Below are positions 13,281-25,859 of a DNA stretch of 64,000 nucleotides, piece after piece. A program made the translations under genes and the position numbers. This DNA comes from the human T2T-CHM13v2.0 reference genome, Homo sapiens. The notes under the pieces are model-generated. The model saw nothing but the letters and a program-made list of their open reading frames with translations, ran no database searches and was not told the DNA's origin. The DNA is taken from assembly GCF_009914755.1 (NCBI RefSeq), contig NC_060938.1; one strand, given 5' to 3'. Position 1 is the stretch's first letter; the number at the start of each line of letters is the position of its first letter.

Positions 13281-14648
13281 TAACATTGCAGTCTTCATCT
13301 TTATAGCTTTTGAAAATCCATATCGTCTTAGAAAATAGGACAAGAGTGGGTGGAAATATGAATCTCTGTATACAAAACTAGGATTAAAAAAACCTGTAGG
13401 CTCTTTTCCTGCAATCAGTATGCATTGCCACCAAATGGCAGTAAGTGCCCTGCTGGGCATTCTATCAGGAAAGATTTTTTCCTGAGATTCACATTTTGTT
13501 ATTTTCCCAAGTCCATGCTAACAAATTTATAATTAATTATTAATTACACAACATACTTTAAAAATTGCTGACTTGAAAGAACAATAAACAATAAAGCTGT
13601 TTATTCGTTAAAAATAAACACTTAGAGAAACATTTTGTTAACTCCTTACATATTTGTTATTAATCATCATTAAATCTAAATCCTCCCACATAGCCATATT
13701 CTGATTTAAATGTTCTTTCTAATTTGACGTGAAGGCCTCGAGGCTGATGTGGGGAGCTGGACCTTCAGGCTAGATTTATATTGCAAAGCTTTGTGGCTTC
13801 TCTCAGCTGTTAGCTCTAGCCTCATTTAGAGCCTGCTGATGACTTAGTTCCTCCTGGGTTTCAACTCCTTTTCCTCAACAGTAGCTCTTTTACTTCTCTT
13901 CCCTAAATCAAAATTAGAAACAGAGAGAAAAAACACCTATTTCTTTATTCTGAAAGCATAGGTCTGCCTCAGATTCTTTCTAATACAAAGAAAGCAATTT
14001 CTACTTCTCCTTAAATAAGAGCCAAATATCTCCCTTCATTCAGTTTTCTCATTGGGAATTCTTTAAACTACTGATTGTATACAATAGGACTTATCTTAGC
14101 GAAACCACAGCAATGGTTTCACAAGAGGCAGCTTATACGAACTGTTTTCATGCTAAGAATTCCTCAGAAACTCTTTTTCTAAAGGAAAAGATAAGCTCTT
14201 AAGCAGAAAAATGAAGCAACATTTATACATATCTTCTGATTGGGCATTTCAGCTTTTCTGCACAGCTCTGCTGAAGAATGCCAGCTCCAGAGGGTGGACC
14301 TCATGAGTCAGCAGTAGGGATCCAGCTGTGAATCATGTTAAGATCTTAAGATCTCCAGGAACAAATCCTTTCCTTGGCTCACACTTTTTCACCAGGCTTG
14401 TCAGGGATGCAATAAATGCTACAGGGATGATCCAGACTCTTGGCATTCCATGGCACAGCTGCTTGATCCAACCTAAAGGATAACTTTTTTCTTCTTTCTG
14501 TGAGAATAGCCCATTCATATTTTTTGCATATTGCTAACAAAATCCAATCACCCTTAAATATCTTTTAGAATATAAATGCAATCAATACGCATTAAGCTAA
14601 TGTTTTTGTGTAGTGAATATTCATTGAATGAATGAAAATTGCCACACA

Positions 14649-14951
<303 letters not shown>

Positions 14952-15422
14952 CTATAAATGTGTTAATTTACATCAGTGTCTTCTGCTCTTTTTGGGTTAC
15001 ACGACACATATGTTAAAAAAGGTAAACAACCCCCTAAAATATATGTGTATTTGCATAGGTTATTCAGATGTATCAATGTTTTATATATGTGAAAATATAC
15101 ACAAAAATGTAAATTATAAAGGATAAGATAAAAAAGAAACAATGCTTTTTAAGTAATTGTGTTATTAATGATAAAACGTTATTCTCACTAAACCCTTTTT
15201 ACACATTATTAATATTCGTGAGAACAATGCACTTGTAAATACTTTATGTTTTCAAATCTTGCTTTAGGACTTTGTAGTATACTCATTGGAGGGTCCAGTT
15301 CTAAGTTGGGTTTGTTCGCTTGCTTGATTTTAATTTCCATCAGAGGGAAAAAAGATCCTTCATAGATTCATATGGAAGGCATGCACCATTGGTCTCTCTT
15401 ACTAAATTATAGTATTCACTAT

Positions 15423-15956
15423 TGTCATGCTCAGGGTCAGGTTCCAGCCCATGCTGAAGTTTGAGGGAGTGCGTAGATGAGCAGAAAGAACACTTAGGTG
15501 GCCATAGGCGGGTGAAAGATGATTTTATTCAGCAGCAGCTGTCATCAACAGCTTTCTCACTCTGTCCATCCTGTTTCAGCTGCTTAGTCCGGTGGCTCCC
15601 ACACACACAGCTGCATGGCTGGCTCTCCCTTGCCTTCAGGGTCAGCAGCTTAACTCTTTCTCTGGGCACAAGCGAGCTGAGCTGTGTCCTGGCCTCTGCT
15701 CTGTCTGTCTGCAAAGATGGACAGCTCTGATTGTCTCTCTCTTTCTCTGGGTACCAGTGCACATGTACAGTGTCAGCAGGGCAATTATACCTTTTACAGA
15801 CAATAGTGACTTAGAGCCAAGAGATGGCTTTCCTCTGTTATGGCTACATGGCTGTGATAACAAGTGGAGTTATACACCTGTGCTCTAAACTCGCTGAGTC
15901 ACTCTGGATGTTTACCTCGGCCTGTCCTTGACCAAAGCACAGCCATGTTCCTTACA
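15423..15956 (-). mobile_element. LTR18-family (ERVL) solo LTR
   Basis: Minus strand starts 'tgtaaggaacatggctgtgctttggtcaagg' and contains 'ctattgtctgtaaaaggtataattgccctgctgac'; 5-bp near-TSD actat/attat. Confidence 0.75.
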
Positions 15957-16610
15957 ATTATTCAATCTTATTCACCAATTATGCAAAAGTATTTGTGAAA
16001 ATTCAGCTAACATTTTCTATATTCTCTGATACCAAATCAGTTTTCTTGCAAAGAAATTAGAAGTTGATGTTTTTACATTTTTAGCAAATGTGTTCAAAGT
16101 TCACTATGTAAATGACTTAAATATTAGGAAATTCAGTCTCCAAGATTTTTAGTGTGAAAATATGAAAGTTTTTGTGGGTGGTGCTTTGTCATTTCAACAA
16201 AAACTCATCATAATGAAAACATCTGTTTTCACAATGCTCTCAATAGCACAAAGCTTTTGGAAGAGCAGTTACTTTCCCATTCATTGTTAAATTGCCTCTT
16301 TTACATAAAGAAATAGATGAGATGTATTTATTTATTTCCTGCTAGATAGAATTCTACCAACAACTATTTGTCATTATTTAAAAGGTCAGAAATTGGAAAA
16401 TATTGTATTTTTGTGAAAGCAAAATTAGCAGCACATCTTCTTATATGACAGCTCTTTAGGACGTGGACACAAGATGACCAGCAAAGCTCTCTGTGAAAAT
16501 GCTTTGCATGATCCATACCAAATAACCTGAAGATTTTATTATATTGTCAATGATCTTATTCTTATAAAGTGAATACCAACCCTAACATTTTGTATTTCTT
16601 TATGTTCTCA

Positions 16611-16768
16611 CTATTCCAAGTGCAGTTCATGGACCAGCGGTGTCGGCATCGCCTGGGAACTTGTTAGAAATGCAGAATCCCAGGACAGGCCAGCCCTCCT
16701 GAATGACAATCTGCATTTTAACAAGATCCCCAGGTGAAACATATGCACTTTCAGGTTTGCGAGTACTG
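16611..16768. mobile_element. MER5A
   Basis: 'ggaccagc...ggcatcgcctgggaacttgttagaaatgcagaatc...ctgcattttaacaagatccccaggtga'. Confidence 0.85.
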
Positions 16769-17413
16769 CCCTATGAAATTCTGCCTTCTACTTCTTTGCC
16801 ACAGTAGCTTGTTAAGGAAAAATGAACTAAATGAATTTCACACATGGGATAACTCTGCAGCCTGACTTTGGAATCCTTTTTTTTCTCCAATCAAACCACC
16901 TGCTCCACTGGAGGTAATATTCAGTTTTCAAGATGTCATTTTCTGTGGAAAATATGTCTTCTTTCATGCCTCTTTTTTTTTTTTATTGACTCACGAAGTC
17001 AGTTCTTCTACAGTCATTATGGAAACAGAACCTAGCAATACCATTCATTTAGATAACATCTTTTCATCCCCAAGTCTTACAAACCTCCCACTCTTGTTCT
17101 AGATGCATTTCTTCTAACCTTCAACAATGTTTTCTATGCATCTTTTAATATCGTTGGCTGACAAAGTAATTCATTTCTGTGTGCAGCCATATTATTTTCC
17201 ACATCTGATTTCAGTTATTTTCACAATAGAAGGAAGAACTAGAAAAAAGATGTGTGGCCTTTTGCTTCTTCCAAGTAAGAAGGCTTTAAAGATGCTTCTT
17301 TATTGTAGTTTAGTAGCATTTTTAAAAACACTGGATTGGGTACCACATGACCTAGACTATTGCTGAGGCAATTGCAGAAGTTTGTATCTGGGTTCTGAAT
17401 GCTTAAAGTTTTT

Positions 17414-18913
17414 TGTTTTGTTTTTAAGACCTTTATTAACAGGTGCTTGCAGTTTGTTGACTTTTTTGAAAAAATCAAGTTGTAAACTTTTATTACAAAT
17501 TAAAAAGGAAGTTCTTAAAAATCTCAGCTTGACCAGATATGAAACAATTTAAAAACCTTTAAAGGCGTATTCAGAAAAACCAGGCTTTTTTAAAAAACAC
17601 GTTTGTTATTACCAAAAAGAGACGTCTTTAGGTAAAAATAATAACCCCATGCTGCATAGATAATGCAGATCTATTTATCTGGTCAACGGGCAAAATGCAA
17701 GCATTTAAGGTCTTCAGCTCCAATCTTTTGTTCATTTCTTATTGCTGGAATTTCATTATTTCTTCTTGTTGGATGACTAAACCGGATGATGGTAGAGATG
17801 GTAAGCCGGCATTTACTCAAGCCCCGCCCTGCTCAGCCTCGGGAGCGGACGAATTCTCAGCTGGTGGATTGGCTGCTTTTGTCTCTTTGCCATCTTGTGG
17901 TTTAGGGTTTTCTGGGCGTCTGCGTCGGTAATTGAAGTTGCGGCGGTACCGACGTTGAGGTGGCTGCTGACCTTGGGTCTCATCTCCTTGATTTTCTTTA
18001 TCTTCTTCATTGCCGTCCTCTCTAGGCTGTCTTTGGCGAAGAGGGCCTCTGCGGAATCGTGGTCTATATCCCCGATACATATTCTGCCTCACTGGTCTAC
18101 CTTGTTCTCCTGCACCCTGGTTGTCAGCACCCTCCATCACTTCTCCCTGCACAGGAGGGTTGGAATACTGTGGTCGACGCCCATAGGGTCTCCGCATGTA
18201 GTAAGGTGGGAACCTTCGCCTGCGGTAGGGCCGGCGTTGTTGGGCCTGGCCTTCGGGAGCACTCTCCGATCCCTCGTTCTTTTCCCCACTCTCACTATTC
18301 TGGTAATTTTGCTGGTAATTGCGTGGAGGACCCCTAGGACGTGGATAGCGTCTATAATGGTTACGGTCTGCTGCATATTTACTGCCTTGAACTGGAACAC
18401 CACCAGGACCTGTAACATTTGCTGCCTTCGCACCCTTTTCTCCTTCAACAACATCAAACTCCACAGTCTCTCCATCTCCTACACTGCGAAGGTACTTCCT
18501 GGGGTTATTCTTCTTCATGGCAGTGTGGTGTACAAATACATCTTCCTTGGTGTCGTTCCTGTGGATGAAACCATATCCGTTCCTTACATTGAACCATTTT
18601 ACCGTTCCCAAAACCTTCGTTGCGATGACCTTTTTGTGCCCGCCGGCAGGCGCCGCCGATGTGAGGCCGCCCGGGCCACCGCTCCCTGCGCCGCTGCCGG
18701 TAGTGCCGGGCTTGGTGTCGGCGGCGCTGAGGGCGGGGGCGGCGGGCGGCTGCTGGGTCTCGGCCTCGCTGCTCATGGTTGCGGTGATGGTGACTGCGGC
18801 CGGCTGCGGCAGCTGCGGCTCCTCCCGGGGTGTGACGGTAACTAGGCCGGCGGCGGCGGTGGGGCTGCTCAGGGCTCTCTGGGGTCCGCTCTCCGCTCCC
18901 GCTACCGATCGAA
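17414..18913 (-). pseudogene. YBX1P1: Full-length processed pseudogene (retrocopy) of YBX1
   Basis: Intronless. Has the YBX1 5'UTR ('ttcgatcggtagcgggagcggagagcgg'), CDS, 3'UTR, AATAAA (plus-strand tttatt 17432-17437), a degenerate A-tail and a 19-bp TSD ctgaatgcttaaagttttt at 17395-17413 and 18914-18932. The YBX1 origin is clear; the P1 number is from memory. Confidence 0.93.
17817..18776 (-). CDS. Open 319-aa YB-1-like ORF (cold-shock domain protein) within the retrocopy; translation unproven
   Basis: [14 protein letters not shown]...[11 protein letters not shown]...VFVH...; collinear with 324-aa YBX1 apart from a 4-aa deletion, about 8 substitutions and loss of the last residue. Confidence 0.6.
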   Translation of the reverse strand: MSSEAETQQPPAAPALSAADTKPGTTGSGAGSGGPGGLTSAAPAGGHKKVIATKVLGTVKWFNVRNGYGFIHRNDTKEDVFVHHTAMKKNNPRKYLRSVGDGETVEFDVVEGEKGAKAANVTGPGGVPVQGSKYAADRNHYRRYPRPRGPPRNYQQNYQNSESGEKNEGSESAPEGQAQQRRPYRRRRFPPYYMRRPYGRRPQYSNPPVQGEVMEGADNQGAGEQGRPVRQNMYRGYRPRFRRGPLRQRQPREDGNEEDKENQGDETQGQQPPQRRYRRNFNYRRRRPENPKPQDGKETKAANPPAENSSAPEAEQGGA

Positions 18914-19109
18914 CTGAATGCTTAAAGTTTTTATGTCCTACCAGTTATGACAACTTCAGGTACAACGTGCACTTGGGACAGTTTAAAGATAGTTAATGAT
19001 AGTGGATATAAATACGTATTTTAAATAGTAATCGTCTTCATCATTTCAATTTTTTCCCCTTTTAGCTGACTTCTCTGGAGGGATCACATCACCTCACCAC
19101 TGTGTCACT

Positions 19110-19510
19110 TTGCAGTGTGGCTGACCAAGAGCTTGTTCTTGTGGTGGGCTGCTCATCAGCCCAGCCATTTCCCTGTTGTTTTTGGTCAGTGGGAGATTAG
19201 CAGACATGACACAAGAAGATGCTGCAGATGGGCTTGGGCATTGGAGCTTGTCCTCTTGCACCTATGCCATCACCATGAGGAAAACAAGCCTGGGCAAGTC
19301 TACCAATCCCAGGATGAGGCTGAGGGTCCTGTGTAGCAGATGAGCTGACAGCTGCTGGAGTCCCAGGTAAGCTGACCGCTGTGGAGTCCCAGACAGGTGA
19401 GTCCAGCCAAGATCAGTGGAGCCCCTTAGCCAACCCTCAGTTGATTCCAGTGGTGGGAGCAACAACATGTATCGGTGTACTTGCCTGGGTCTTTGTGGTT
19501 GTTAACTGGC
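19110..19510 (+). mobile_element. Old MLT1 (MLT1I/J-like) LTR, copy 1 of a local duplication
   Basis: 'ttggtcagtgggagattagcagacatgacacaag...ctatgccatcaccatgagg...ccagccaagatcag'. Confidence 0.65.
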
Positions 19511-20509
19511 ACTAGGTCTGTTCTCCTGTCCTAGGCCAGCAAATCTCCCAACTGCTGTTTCTTTACAGGAAACTTTTAAAGCCATGTGTTAATTTTCTGA
19601 CAGTTTAGTTAAAATTAGACACTATATTCCATCAATGCCCCTGAGGGGGAATACATCACACTACACTGAATTGAAAGAAGGGGGAGCAACTCATCTAGAC
19701 CCCTGATTTATGTAAGCTCAAGATCCACAGGTGATAACCATGGACACCTTTGTACACTGAAGGTTTATAATTCGCAGTGCCGTGCTTTGGTGTTTCAGAA
19801 GCAGAGAGAGGTGTTTATAGAATGGTTCTGCCTGAAAATAGAGAGGAGGGAGAAGGGCAGGTGATGATAACTTTGGGGAATGTCTGAAGCGTATGGGGAA
19901 AGCACTCCCCATCACAGAATCACCATTCTGCTCCTTACCTTTGTGGTTTAGCCCTTGGAAACCTGGCTTCATTGTTCCACAAGCTCATTTCTTGCCCTTC
20001 CAAGTGTAATATGGATGTAAGCCAGAGCTGTCTTTTCCTCACTTTTGCAGACACTCCTGTCTCCCCACCCTGCTCTTTAAATTAAACTCTTTCACAGTCC
20101 AATAATCTTCTCTCATAAACAAGCTTTGGAGAGAACATTTTTTTTCTTTTGCCCAGGAGCAGATTCCACCAACTTCATGGAGGTGGTGAAGGGCTTTCCC
20201 CCTTTCAACAAAAGCAATAAAGCTGACTTTGCTGTCGTTAAGTTTTATAAGGTAATGCTGACCCTATCATGAAGTGTTCTCATCTAGGCTGACTTTGCTC
20301 ATTAACCACAGTTGAGTGTTAACCTTTCTGGACATAAATAATACAGCAGCACCTTGATCTGCACGAAAGAGGAGTGAATGGCTAGGCCTTTGTCTTTTTC
20401 CCTTGGATTCTTACAAACTGCTTTTTCTTCTTGTGTTTGACAAAATGTCAAAGCTGTATTTCTCTTTATCTGTGTTAAGATATCTGTGACCTCATGCTCT
20501 CTGCCATTT

Positions 20510-20890
20510 AACTTTGCAATGTGTGGGTGGACTGACCTGACACTGGGCTCAGCCACATGATTTGCTTTGGCCAGTGGGAGATTAGCAGGCATGACACAAG
20601 AAGAGGCGGCAGATGGGCTTGGAAATTGTAGCTTGCTCTATTGCATCTCTGCCATTGCCATGAGAAAAAACAAGTCCAGGCAAGTCTACCCATCCCAGGA
20701 TGAAGCTGAGGGTCTTGTGGAGCAGATGAGGCTCATCCAGATCAGATGACAGCTGTGGAGTCCTATAGAGTTTAGTACAGCCAAGATCAGTGGAGCCAGT
20801 TAGCTGATTGTCAGTTGATTCCAGATGTGAGAGCATCAACACGTATTGGTGTACCTTCCTGGGGTTTTGCGGTTGTTTTTTAACTGGCAC
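20510..20890 (+). mobile_element. Old MLT1 (MLT1I/J-like) LTR, copy 2 of a local duplication
   Basis: 'ttgctttggccagtgggagattagcaggcatgacacaag...ctctgccattgccatgag...cagccaagatcag'. Confidence 0.65.
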
Positions 20891-20979
20891 CAGGTCTGTC
20901 CTCCTGACAGGGTCAGTACCTCTCTCTGCACCCAGGACCCAGGCAAGCCCCCCATCTCACCTTCTCACATATGCCCCTC

Positions 20980-22930
20980 TAATCATCACCCCTTCTTCCT
21001 CCCATCTCATGAAACTTTGCCTCTCTATTGGCTAATTCTCATGAGCATTTGAATCACTTCAAGTCTCTTCTATCATTTAGTTTCTAATAATTTAGTTTCA
21101 AAATAATTGCCTTATATCCTGTCATTCTCCTCTGGCACTTATTGCCTCCTCTCCCCATGTCCTTCACATATGGAATCTTGAAAAAGTTGTTCGTACTCTA
21201 AATTTCACGTTTTCACCTTCCATTCACTCTGCAACTCACTGCAGCTGTATTTCCTCTTCCATTGTGCCACTGAAACTGCTTTTACCCAGGCCACCAATGA
21301 TTTGTTTGCCATTGATGATAGTGGACACCTCCAGTAATTCTTTTAAAATTCCTCTTTCATTTTGTATGACCTCTTTGTAACATTTGACTCTGTTGACAAA
21401 CCATTTGTTCCCAAAGCCTCTCTTCCCATGGCACCTCTGACAACACACTCTCCTAGGTCTTCTACTCCACTGATCCTCAGGCTGCCTCATGGGCTCCTCA
21501 CCCTCATCCTATCTCTTTGATATTGGTTAGTTCCCTAGGGCTCTGTTCTAGGATCTCTTCTCCCCGTACCAAGGGTAATTTCATCCATATTTCATTGCCT
21601 ACATTACCAAGAATAAGATGATAACTCCCAAATCTCTAAGTCCTGCCAGTTCCCTGTCCTGGGCTCCAGATACATGTATCTAAGAGTTTATTGGATATCC
21701 CAAAGGCAAACATGAAATATCTAAAATTTAGTTCACCATTGTTTCCCTTAAACTCCCTCTTCCCCTTTTGTTCACTATCTCAGTAAGTGGTACCATTTCC
21801 CACCCAGTGGTATAACCCCAAATCCCTTTAGCTTCTTTCTTTCCTCCTCTTCCACATTCAACCCATGTCTGTGTCCTAATTTTACCTTCCTAGCATATCT
21901 TCAGTCTGTTCACTTCTTTCTATCCCATGTCAGGTACCTTAGTTCAGGCCACTCATATCCTTTGGCTTGATTATTTATTGCTTTATCAGACTCCCAACTT
22001 GCCTCCCGTGTCCACCTTTCCCTGTTCCAATCCATTTTGCACACTGCAGCCTATACCATCTGATATGGTTTGACTGTGTCTCCACCCATATCTCATCCTG
22101 AGTTGTAGTTCCCATCACCCCCATGTGTCATGGGAGGGACCTGGTGGGAGGTAATTGAATCATAGGGATAGTTACCTCCATGCTGTTCTCATGATAGTGA
22201 GTTCTCATGAGATCTGATGGTTTTATAAGGCCTTTCCCCCCTTTGGCTTGGGACTTCTCCTCGCTGCCGCCATGTAAAGAAGGACTTGTTTGCTTTCCCT
22301 TCCACCATGATTGTAAGTTTCCTGAGGCCTCCCCAGCCATGCTAAACTGTGAGCCAATTAAACCGCTTTCTTTTATAAATTATCCAGTCTTGGGTATGTT
22401 TTTATTTGCAGTGTGAGAACAGACAAATACACCATCTTTCTAAAATGGATATCTGATCACATCATCCCCCTGCTTAGAACCTTTTAAGGGTTTTCCATTT
22501 TCAAGAATCATACAAGGTTCTTTCTGATCTGGATCCCTGCTTACTTCTCCAGCTTTTACCTCTTGACATTCCCTTCCTTGAACTAATGGAAGCCATAAAT
22601 AGCTGCTAGGAAGTTGCTGAAGGACACCCCATTTTCTCTCTCCTTGCAGATTTTTGTACCTCTAGCTCTATCTGCCTGGAACAACCCACACCCCAGCCTT
22701 GCCCTAGCAGGTCAGGTAGGAAGCGTTCCTGGTGCACTGGCACAATACCCCCTGCCTCCCTTTCCACTTATTCCATCCCTTTGTACTCAGTGGCCTCTTT
22801 CCTAGTCTATCATCTATGTGTGAGGTCCTCCAGGCAGGGATTGTGCCTTGGTTATCACTGCATTTTCAGGAGTCACCACATTTGGGAACATAGTAGGTGC
22901 TCAATAAACACTGGTTAACTGAGTGACTGA
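20980..22930 (-). mobile_element. L2 fragment interrupted by a THE1 LTR
   Basis: 'ccactgaaactgcttttacccaggccaccaatga', 'gcacactgcagcc', 'catagtaggtgctcaataaa'. Confidence 0.75.
22061..22431 (+). mobile_element. THE1 (THE1D-like) solo LTR
   Basis: 'tgatatggtttgactgtgtc...gggagggacctggtgggaggtaattgaatcat...aataca'; perfect 5-bp TSD CCATC. Confidence 0.9.
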
Positions 22931-24626
22931 GAAAGGTAAATACATTAATGAATATGCACATGAACCATAGACTTGTCACCTGAAAGCTTCTCTACTTTGT
23001 ATACTGTAGAGCTAAGACCTTTTAGTTTCTCAAAGATTTCCTCCTCTTGCTTATCACTTACAAATGGATTTTGTCCTTACTTTATTGGCACTATCTTTAG
23101 GTCCTATAAAAATGTCTTCAATTCTTTTTACTAGCTATCTCAGAGTAATAAGCTTCTCAAGTTTCCCCTGTCTCTAATGACTGCCATATGGGGACATGAT
23201 ACGCTAATGCTCACTTCAATAAGCTGAAGTTCTTGTTAAACAAACTGAACTACCTCCAGCTCACCTTCCATTTTAAAGGGCCCACTAAAATTGATTATGT
23301 GAAATAGGCTTTTAAAAAATATCCTCCTTAAGTAGAAAACATAAACAGGGGAGGACTGTTAGCTCAGAAAATGTAAGCCTATTTGGAGACCCAGTTTATT
23401 TCACTTGACTGAACAGGAGGTAATAGTGCCCATTGGCACAGTGCAGTCTGGACCTTTTTTTGTCCACATTAATGGATTCAGAGTTCTCGAAGATTCTGAT
23501 AAAAAAAAATGGTTCCAGCTTCAGCTTTGAATGTCTTTGGGAGTGAGTGACTCACCTATGACATGGCACATTCATATGTCTATGTGATGGAGGTAACAGT
23601 GCACACAAGCACTGTAGCATGAAATGTTTTGTTCATTTGTGCCATGTTTCCTTAATACTAATAAACCAGAGTATCACAATTCTACATCTAAAGACTTATT
23701 TATGACTGCATAAAAGCTGTTGCTATCACAAGGATTGTATCAATTTACACAGACACAGACAGATACACACATACTTATATAATATTTATCATGTGAGTCT
23801 TCTGTGTACTATCTTCTAAGGCTATAAACAGTAAATAGCCTTAGACTGAGCATTTTTCTACACCCCCATTTGGGGTCATTTTAGGAAATGAGAGACCTGG
23901 GATCATAATCAAAAAAGAATCCAAGGCTGCAGTTCAGTTTCAAAATGGGGAAGACAGCTCTGATTCTCTAGCTTTTGTTAATAGACTTCTTGAACTGTGG
24001 TCATTCAGCCAGGCGGCTTCCTTGAACCTCGTTCACTGTGTCCACTGTCAGGATGAAATGCACTCTCTGAGGCCTGAAAACATAACCCAGACAGGGAATG
24101 CAGACAGATAGGCAGAGGAACATGGCATCACAGATTGCTGAAAGGGTGGTGGGGGGCTCACAGCAAATACAGCCCTAGGCAAGGTATCTGGAGGACAACC
24201 CAGGTGAGCTTCAACTGGCGATTTGGGGCCAGAAGCTGTCAACTGTTTTTGAAAGTTTTGATAGGTTTTTTTTTTTTTTTTTTGTGCCAGTTCTCTATTT
24301 TTTTTCTTTAAACAGAGAAACTAAACTATTATGGTATCAATAGGGTGAATCAAAGCTGTAGAAAAGCTTGTTAGGTAGCAGAGAGAAATGCCGAAATGAA
24401 AAATCATGGGCTACAGAAGAGAAGCGAAAATGAGTCTTAGAGCATGGGTCAGTTAGACTCAACCAAAGTCTCCTAACCTGCAGCCCAGCAAGTACATTAC
24501 CTGCCTACCCACCTCCGCCCTGAGGTACAGGATCTGTCTGCGTAACCCTGCCAGACCTTTTGTTTTTAGTCTGAAGAAGCAGAGTTCAGTGTGCACAAAG
24601 CTCTGAATATTTTCTTTCCAACCCTA

Positions 24627-24996
<370 letters not shown>

Positions 24997-25859
24997 CTAT
25001 CAGTTAAAAATTGTATTTTTATTTATTAATACATTATAAGAATATACTAATATACTAACATAAGGTGCACATGATAAAGCATATATATAAAAATAGAGGC
25101 TAAGCAATGTATGAGATACAACATACAAAAGGAGGTATTTTCTTCCCATACGATAGGAGAGTGCTGGGAACAAAGGGAATATCAAGAGAGTGAGAAGCTG
25201 ATAAATTCTTCCAAGAGGTGATTATAAATACAGAAGGTGAAAAATACAGTGGACTAGAAATCCTGAAAACTTTCCCATTCTAAAATAAACAGGCAAACAA
25301 TAACAACTTAAAATGCGGAACAAAATGTTTTAAGAATTCAGAACTTTTGAGACAGTAGAGAAAGGCTCAGAATATGAAAATAAAGTGGCTGTGGAAGCCA
25401 ACAGCTGCCCTCCAGGGGTTCCTTGGCCCCATCATCTTTTCTAGAGCCGTGGGTTTTTATGGCCATGGTGGGGCAGGTGTCCAGACAATGGCTCACCACC
25501 AGGTAGGGAATTGGAAGGGCAGGAATTCCCTACATGCTACACCCACTGGGAAAAAAAAAAACACTAGGAAAAAATTCTGCTTCACAAGGGCACAAACAAA
25601 AAAATGTGGCTATTTTTGCTTTGGCCTTTGGAAGATGAAAAATCTCTTTTAAATATTTGTAACCACAAGCCTGTGCCCATACAGGTTTGGAGCTTAAACA
25701 CTACCTATGTATACCAGAAAAACCCAGAGATATTAGTTAATGAGAAATTAATTCAAAGCAACCCAGTGTTGGAAGCACCCCTAGCATGTGGCAGAAGCAA
25801 ATGCAAATCCTCTCTGGAGGAAAATCCTTCAACCAGACTCTTGGGATTCCCACAGATAA

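Noticed and set aside
17895-18845. 316-aa plus-strand ORF
   Set aside because: Antisense shadow of the YBX1 ORF with a non-ATG start and no recognisable protein features.
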